Assembly: GCF_001949145.1 (NCBI RefSeq)
Contig: NW_019091402.1
Location: 1,736,001 to 1,798,000, forward strand
DNA length: 62,000 nucleotides
Direction: 5' to 3'
Origin: Acanthaster planci
Lineage: Eukaryota
Below, in pieces: positions 57,588 to 62,000 of the stretch. Each line of letters opens with the position of its first letter. Positions within the stretch are counted from its first letter, which is position 1. A model generated the notes under the pieces. The model saw only the letters and a list, made by a program, of their open reading frames with translations, made no database searches and had not been told where the DNA came from. Made by a program: the position numbers and the translations under genes.

Positions 57588-60500
57588 TCAGAAGGGCGGC
57601 TGGCCTCGCCCTCTCGTAAACCGGCCTCCGCGACCACGAGCTGAAAAAAGAAACCAAATGCAGATTTTATTTCACAGTCTCCATAGCACAATTTTCACAC
57701 CATATGTACATTAATAATTGGTAAGTGTAACCATAATGGAATTACACCTAGATCGGTTTTCCATATAAGTGAGCTATATAAATCGTTGTATAAGACATGC
57801 TGGCAAAATGAGATGGAACTGGACACAGGCTGTAATGTAGAAAAATGGAAAAGAAACTGGTTTTTTTCTTGAATCCTCACATTTACGGAGGATTGTCATC
57901 TTTGATACATTTCAACGAAAAACTGTACAAAATAAAGAGATGTTAAAGAGAAGGCATTATTAAACGAGGGGTAAGCTGAGGTTTTGACCCGAGGCACTCC
58001 ACGAAACTCTGCTGCCATCTTGGAAAACCTCGAGGTAAACCTCCAGTCACCTCCTCTTTAATTTGCACTCTTCTTGACAGCTCTTCATATGTGAAATGGG
58101 TGAGGTTTAATAAGCCTTTTGTGAGTTAAATTAGAATAAAATTTGGTACACTGAGTTCTTTAAATTCATGTGAACCCAACAATGTGAATTATCCAAACTA
58201 AAGACATTGCTGCTATACCTTGTGATTCGGAGCAAGCTTTTCCTCAGTAACGTAAGAGACGCCTTGCAACAATGCACTGTTCTCAATGGAAAAGAAGGGC
58301 ACAAAGGAACCAGTCCATTCCAGAGATGGTGGTCGCTATGCAAAAGCTTGCCCCGAATCACGAGGTATAGCAACAGTGTCTTTAGTCTGGGGAATTCAAA
58401 CTGTTATGTTTATGTGCTACCAGATAACTCAGTGTGCCAGATTTTATTCAAACTTAACTCGTAAATGGCTTATTGATCACCTTTGGGAAATAGGAATTAA
58501 ATCAAAGAAAAAAGGAATCAAGATTCGGGTGGCAACTCACTTCCTGCATTTGCACCCCGCGGAAATGACCGCTGTATGAACCGGCCACGGCTCCGGATGG
58601 CTGTGCCTCCCCGGGACTGCTGGGGGCGCTGTTGTGACTGGCCCGAGCCCGGCGAGTCTTGCCACACGATGCGCTTGGGCTTTGGGCGTTCCCCTTGACC
58701 TTTGACATGGATCATCAAAACAAAGCATGCATCAGTTTACCAAGTGACGGAGCTTGTCCACCTTCAAAATTAAGTCTGAAAAATCTGTACGCATTTACAA
58801 ATTTAAGGATATTACCATAACAATGTTTTCTTTAGAGTTTAAAGTTATCTTTACTTTTGCTTTAACATTCAGCTCATTTTATTCAACTTGATTTTTAAGT
58901 TCACTTTTGTAACTCAACAAACGACAATCTTTTAAAAAGCCAGTAAACCAGACAACTGGCCACATGGATGATCTAAGATTAATAAGTGACTGCCTTGTTT
59001 ACATCTAACACACCCCAAGAACCAATGCACCACTGTTAAAGTATTGCAATATCTTCTCATACAACAAAGGCTTCTTCCAAAGTGTTCAATAGATAGATGT
59101 TCATGTCAATTGGCCCTCTACTGGACAATTCACTGACATCTGAGCTATAAACACATACCTATTACCTTAGCCCCTATAGGAAATGTATGGCGTGCCTAAC
59201 CTGATTCGGTGCTACCGCTTTGCTCCGGTCTGTCTCTGGATTCGGCCCCTTCGGCGCTCGGCACAGCACTCGTCGATTCTTCGCCTTGGGACCTATGGGC
59301 AAATTTAGACAAGGAAAGTCACAGAATGCATCATGCAAAAGAATGCTACAGGAACTACAGAGCCAAAGGATACATCAAGTGACCTTACTGTTCATGGAGG
59401 ATATAAATATGTGACTGATTTTCCCCAGAATGTGCACAAAAACCAACTTAGAGCTGCTAAGCACAGAAGCTTGCTGTGGCCGGAAAACGTATACTCTTGC
59501 ACAATTTCCATTAGTCCACGACAATTGGGAAAACAAATCTTAACATTTCCTATTGCATGAGTTCTGTGCACAGGCTGACGAGAATGACAACTTAAACTGT
59601 TAGTGACAGTTACAGTAAAACCCTAGATTAGACTTATGATTAGACTTGATAAGATTTGCACCTGCATCTTTAACCTACCTGCCAAGTGTCACAAAGAGTA
59701 GATATGAGGATACAGAGAGGTATTAAACTGTCTTGAAAGTAGTTAACTGTTCCTTAAACAGGCGGACATGGATGAAGGCATGAACTACATGTACATGGCT
59801 GTAAAACCCTTTGCACTGAGACTTCAAAAAACAACTTGCATAAAGATGTCTATATGCCAAGTATCAATGAGGTTGACTGCGGGTCAGCCGAGATCTGAAG
59901 GATAGAATTCCCTGACCATGACGTCTTTAACACCAGCCTTTCCGAGGGTTAACGACTGCCCCAACTCACCTCTGGGGTTCAGCAGTTGGCAGGGTGACCT
60001 GCTCCTCGCTGCTGGTGTCGGGCGGGGCAGGCGACGACTGCGGCACCTCGCTGGGCAGGGTGTCTGGCTCGTCCTGGTCCCCGGCCCCCTGCTGCTGTTG
60101 CTGCTGCAGCTGCGGCGGACCGGGTTCGCTGGAGGTGGCCGGCACGGAGCGGGACGTGTCCTGACTGGCCGGGGACGAGTCCTGGGCCTGGCTGGAGGGG
60201 CTGGACGTCAGGACCGTCGCTGAAGAACGCAAGCAAGAAACCCAAACTGGGATTCAGAATTACGGAATGCCATAATGCCGAACTTCAATATCCGAAAAAA
60301 CTCCAAAACGTGAACACTAATTCCCATTAAATCGGAACCGTCGGTACATGTAGGTATGCTATTCCAAGAGATTATCTGTCGCACCTGGGGCGTGCGTTTG
60401 CAGGGGCGTGGTCGGCACACTGCGACCCCCATCTTCGTCTCCTCCAAGAAGGTTGATGCGAGTATCATCCAAACCTAGATCTGGAGAACAGGGCACAGTG

Positions 60501-61350
60501 CAAGGAGATCAAAATCAAAAGCACTCATAAAATCACAGGAACACCCTTTCCCCATCCAAATCAAGTGCATTTGTCACGCCACCCAAGCCGCATACTTGCA
60601 CAATGAAAATCACCATCCCAATAAATATCTGGGGTGGCCTTCCCTGCTTAACACATACATCTGTGGCAAAACCTGAAAACGTGAGTCACGAATCCTCACA
60701 GCTATCTTTGAGGTTTCCGAGCTTTTAAAGCGGATCAAGCATGACAACAAATTATTCACTCACATCTATACCTATGAGTTCTGGGTACTAAACTGAGCGA
60801 CATATCAAAATAAAGGGCTTGAAAGGATATTTCTGTTGCAAGAAAAGACAGCAAGTGATAGAAAGTATCTATTCAAGACTCTGGAGATTAAATAAGAATT
60901 TCAAGAAAACTTTCATTTGGTTTAAATGGAATAAAGTCCACTGGAGCGGATACTGATTTCGAGAAAAAAATAAAACAAATCTAAAAAGTAAGAGGGCTTG
61001 ATAATTTGTGTTAGCAGATCTGATGAGTTGATCCTAACTGAGCTCGACATGAGCAAAATCTTTCAGAAAGACTCCATTTTGGGTCAACACGTCAGGCCTC
61101 CTAACTTTAGAGAAGTGGAGATTTCAGGTCACTGTAGTCAGCAGTCTGGATGCAGCAGTTCGTGCATTGCGCACTTCTGAAGAAACAAGCTCCGATAAAG
61201 AAGTAACAATAGCAATCTCTGATCCATTTGTGGTCTTAGAATAAGAACCTACCTCCCTGGGTAGCTAGCTGGGCTAGAGCTGGGGCCATGGAGCGCGACG
61301 GCTCCGAGTCCGAGCCGCCAAAGTGGAACCTCCCTTGGAGGAGAGGGGAG
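57588..61350 (-). CDS. TPR: Nucleoprotein TPR (nuclear basket), last six coding exons; gene continues beyond the right edge
   Basis: Exons 61253-61350 (SPLLQGRFHFGGS...LAQLATQG), 60385-60480 (DLGLDDTRINLLGGDEDGGRSVPTTPLQTHAP), 59970-60219, 59201-59292, 58541-58699 (PKPKRIVW...), 57588-57640 (TRGRGGRFTRGRGQPPF*). Phases are consistent. Matches TPR SPQVAGVPRFRFG...LGQLASQGGLG...GGRSVPTTPLQVAAP and the RG-rich tail. Confidence 0.9.
58110..58473. mobile_element. MITE, second (inverted) copy of the 54526-54887 family, in the last TPR intron
   Basis: Termini ATAAGCC...GGCTTAT. Internal GGCACAAAGGAACCAGTCCATTCCAGAGATGGTGGTCG is the reverse complement of the 54.67-kb segment. Confidence 0.85.
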
Positions 61351-61764
61351 CTACGAAAAAGCAAAAACACCAGAGAGTATCCGTTCATTTAAAACTAAAT
61401 CAAACACTTCAAGGAACATAATTTCCAAAATTAAAGCCAATGTTGCCTTACAGATGAATCCAGGCACTTTAATAACTCCTTTTATAAAAAATACTGATCT
61501 TGTTTTTCAGATCAACAGCTGGCAAAATACCTGCGGCATTAAGGTGGGGTGGGGGGGTTGATGAATGATCCCAGGCATGGATTTGTTTTCCATTGCACAA
61601 GCCAAAGTTTTGCAGCAATGCTACCCCAGCAAAAGGGAACAGGCTTTCATCACAATAAATTATTATTATTATTGTCATTTTTGGCATTGACAGCAGAAAT
61701 TCCTCAACTGAGCGCCCTAGGCACTGTAAGCTTGCAATCCTTGAAGAAACCTGTAGACTAGAGA

Positions 61765-61900
61765 CAATGAGAAGCAGTTACAGTTTAGAGGTGGGAGGAA
61801 AACCCGGGTGGGGGGGATATTCTGGGTAAAATCCACGTAATTAGGTAGGGACTGAAAACTCAATCCACATGTGAACTGAGCTGGGAATTGAACCCAAGGG
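61765..61900 (-). mobile_element. Degenerate tRNA-derived SINE fragment
   Basis: Box B GGGTTCAATTCCC on the minus strand (~61883-61895), followed by the common SINE body motif (plus strand GTGGGAGGAAAACCCGG...AAAATCCACG). Confidence 0.45.
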
Positions 61901-62000
61901 TCAGGTTGCTAGAGATTAACCTACTATAAAACCTGTTTTTCCTCGTCAATTTACAAATAAGTCCTTTCTTGACATATCAGTCTTACTGCATCATACTGAT

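Overview
Animal genomic DNA from a draft assembly (4 internal N-gaps). The repeat types and GPCR motifs suggest an invertebrate deuterostome, probably an echinoderm (inference). I reconstructed spliced genes by hand from splice sites and phase continuity. On the minus strand: the 5' part of a charged/coiled-coil gene (tentatively CC2D2A-like, 9-6280); an unprocessed NKAP pseudogene with frameshifts and stops (22058-25039), which the ORF track misses; two complete clan-2 cytochrome P450 genes with different intron sets (35373-39545, 51690-55943); a complete NME6 gene with a GC-AG intron (47546-50642); and the last six exons of nucleoprotein TPR (57588-61350). On the plus strand: two intronless class A GPCRs (28228-29217, 43232-44326). 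Non-coding content includes a ~300-bp satellite built of ~7 diverged subunits that grades into a degenerate monomeric array, a 41-bp minisatellite, tRNA-derived SINEs, many MITEs and palindromes, and TAGAGGGCGC (CTCF-like) motifs at the tight TPR/CYP/NME6 junctions. I found no prokaryotic-type system and no clearly new multi-gene system. The best leads are the NKAP pseudogene with an upstream promoter-like island, the higher-order satellite, and the unexplained decayed coding-like segments at 8.5-20.6 kb.
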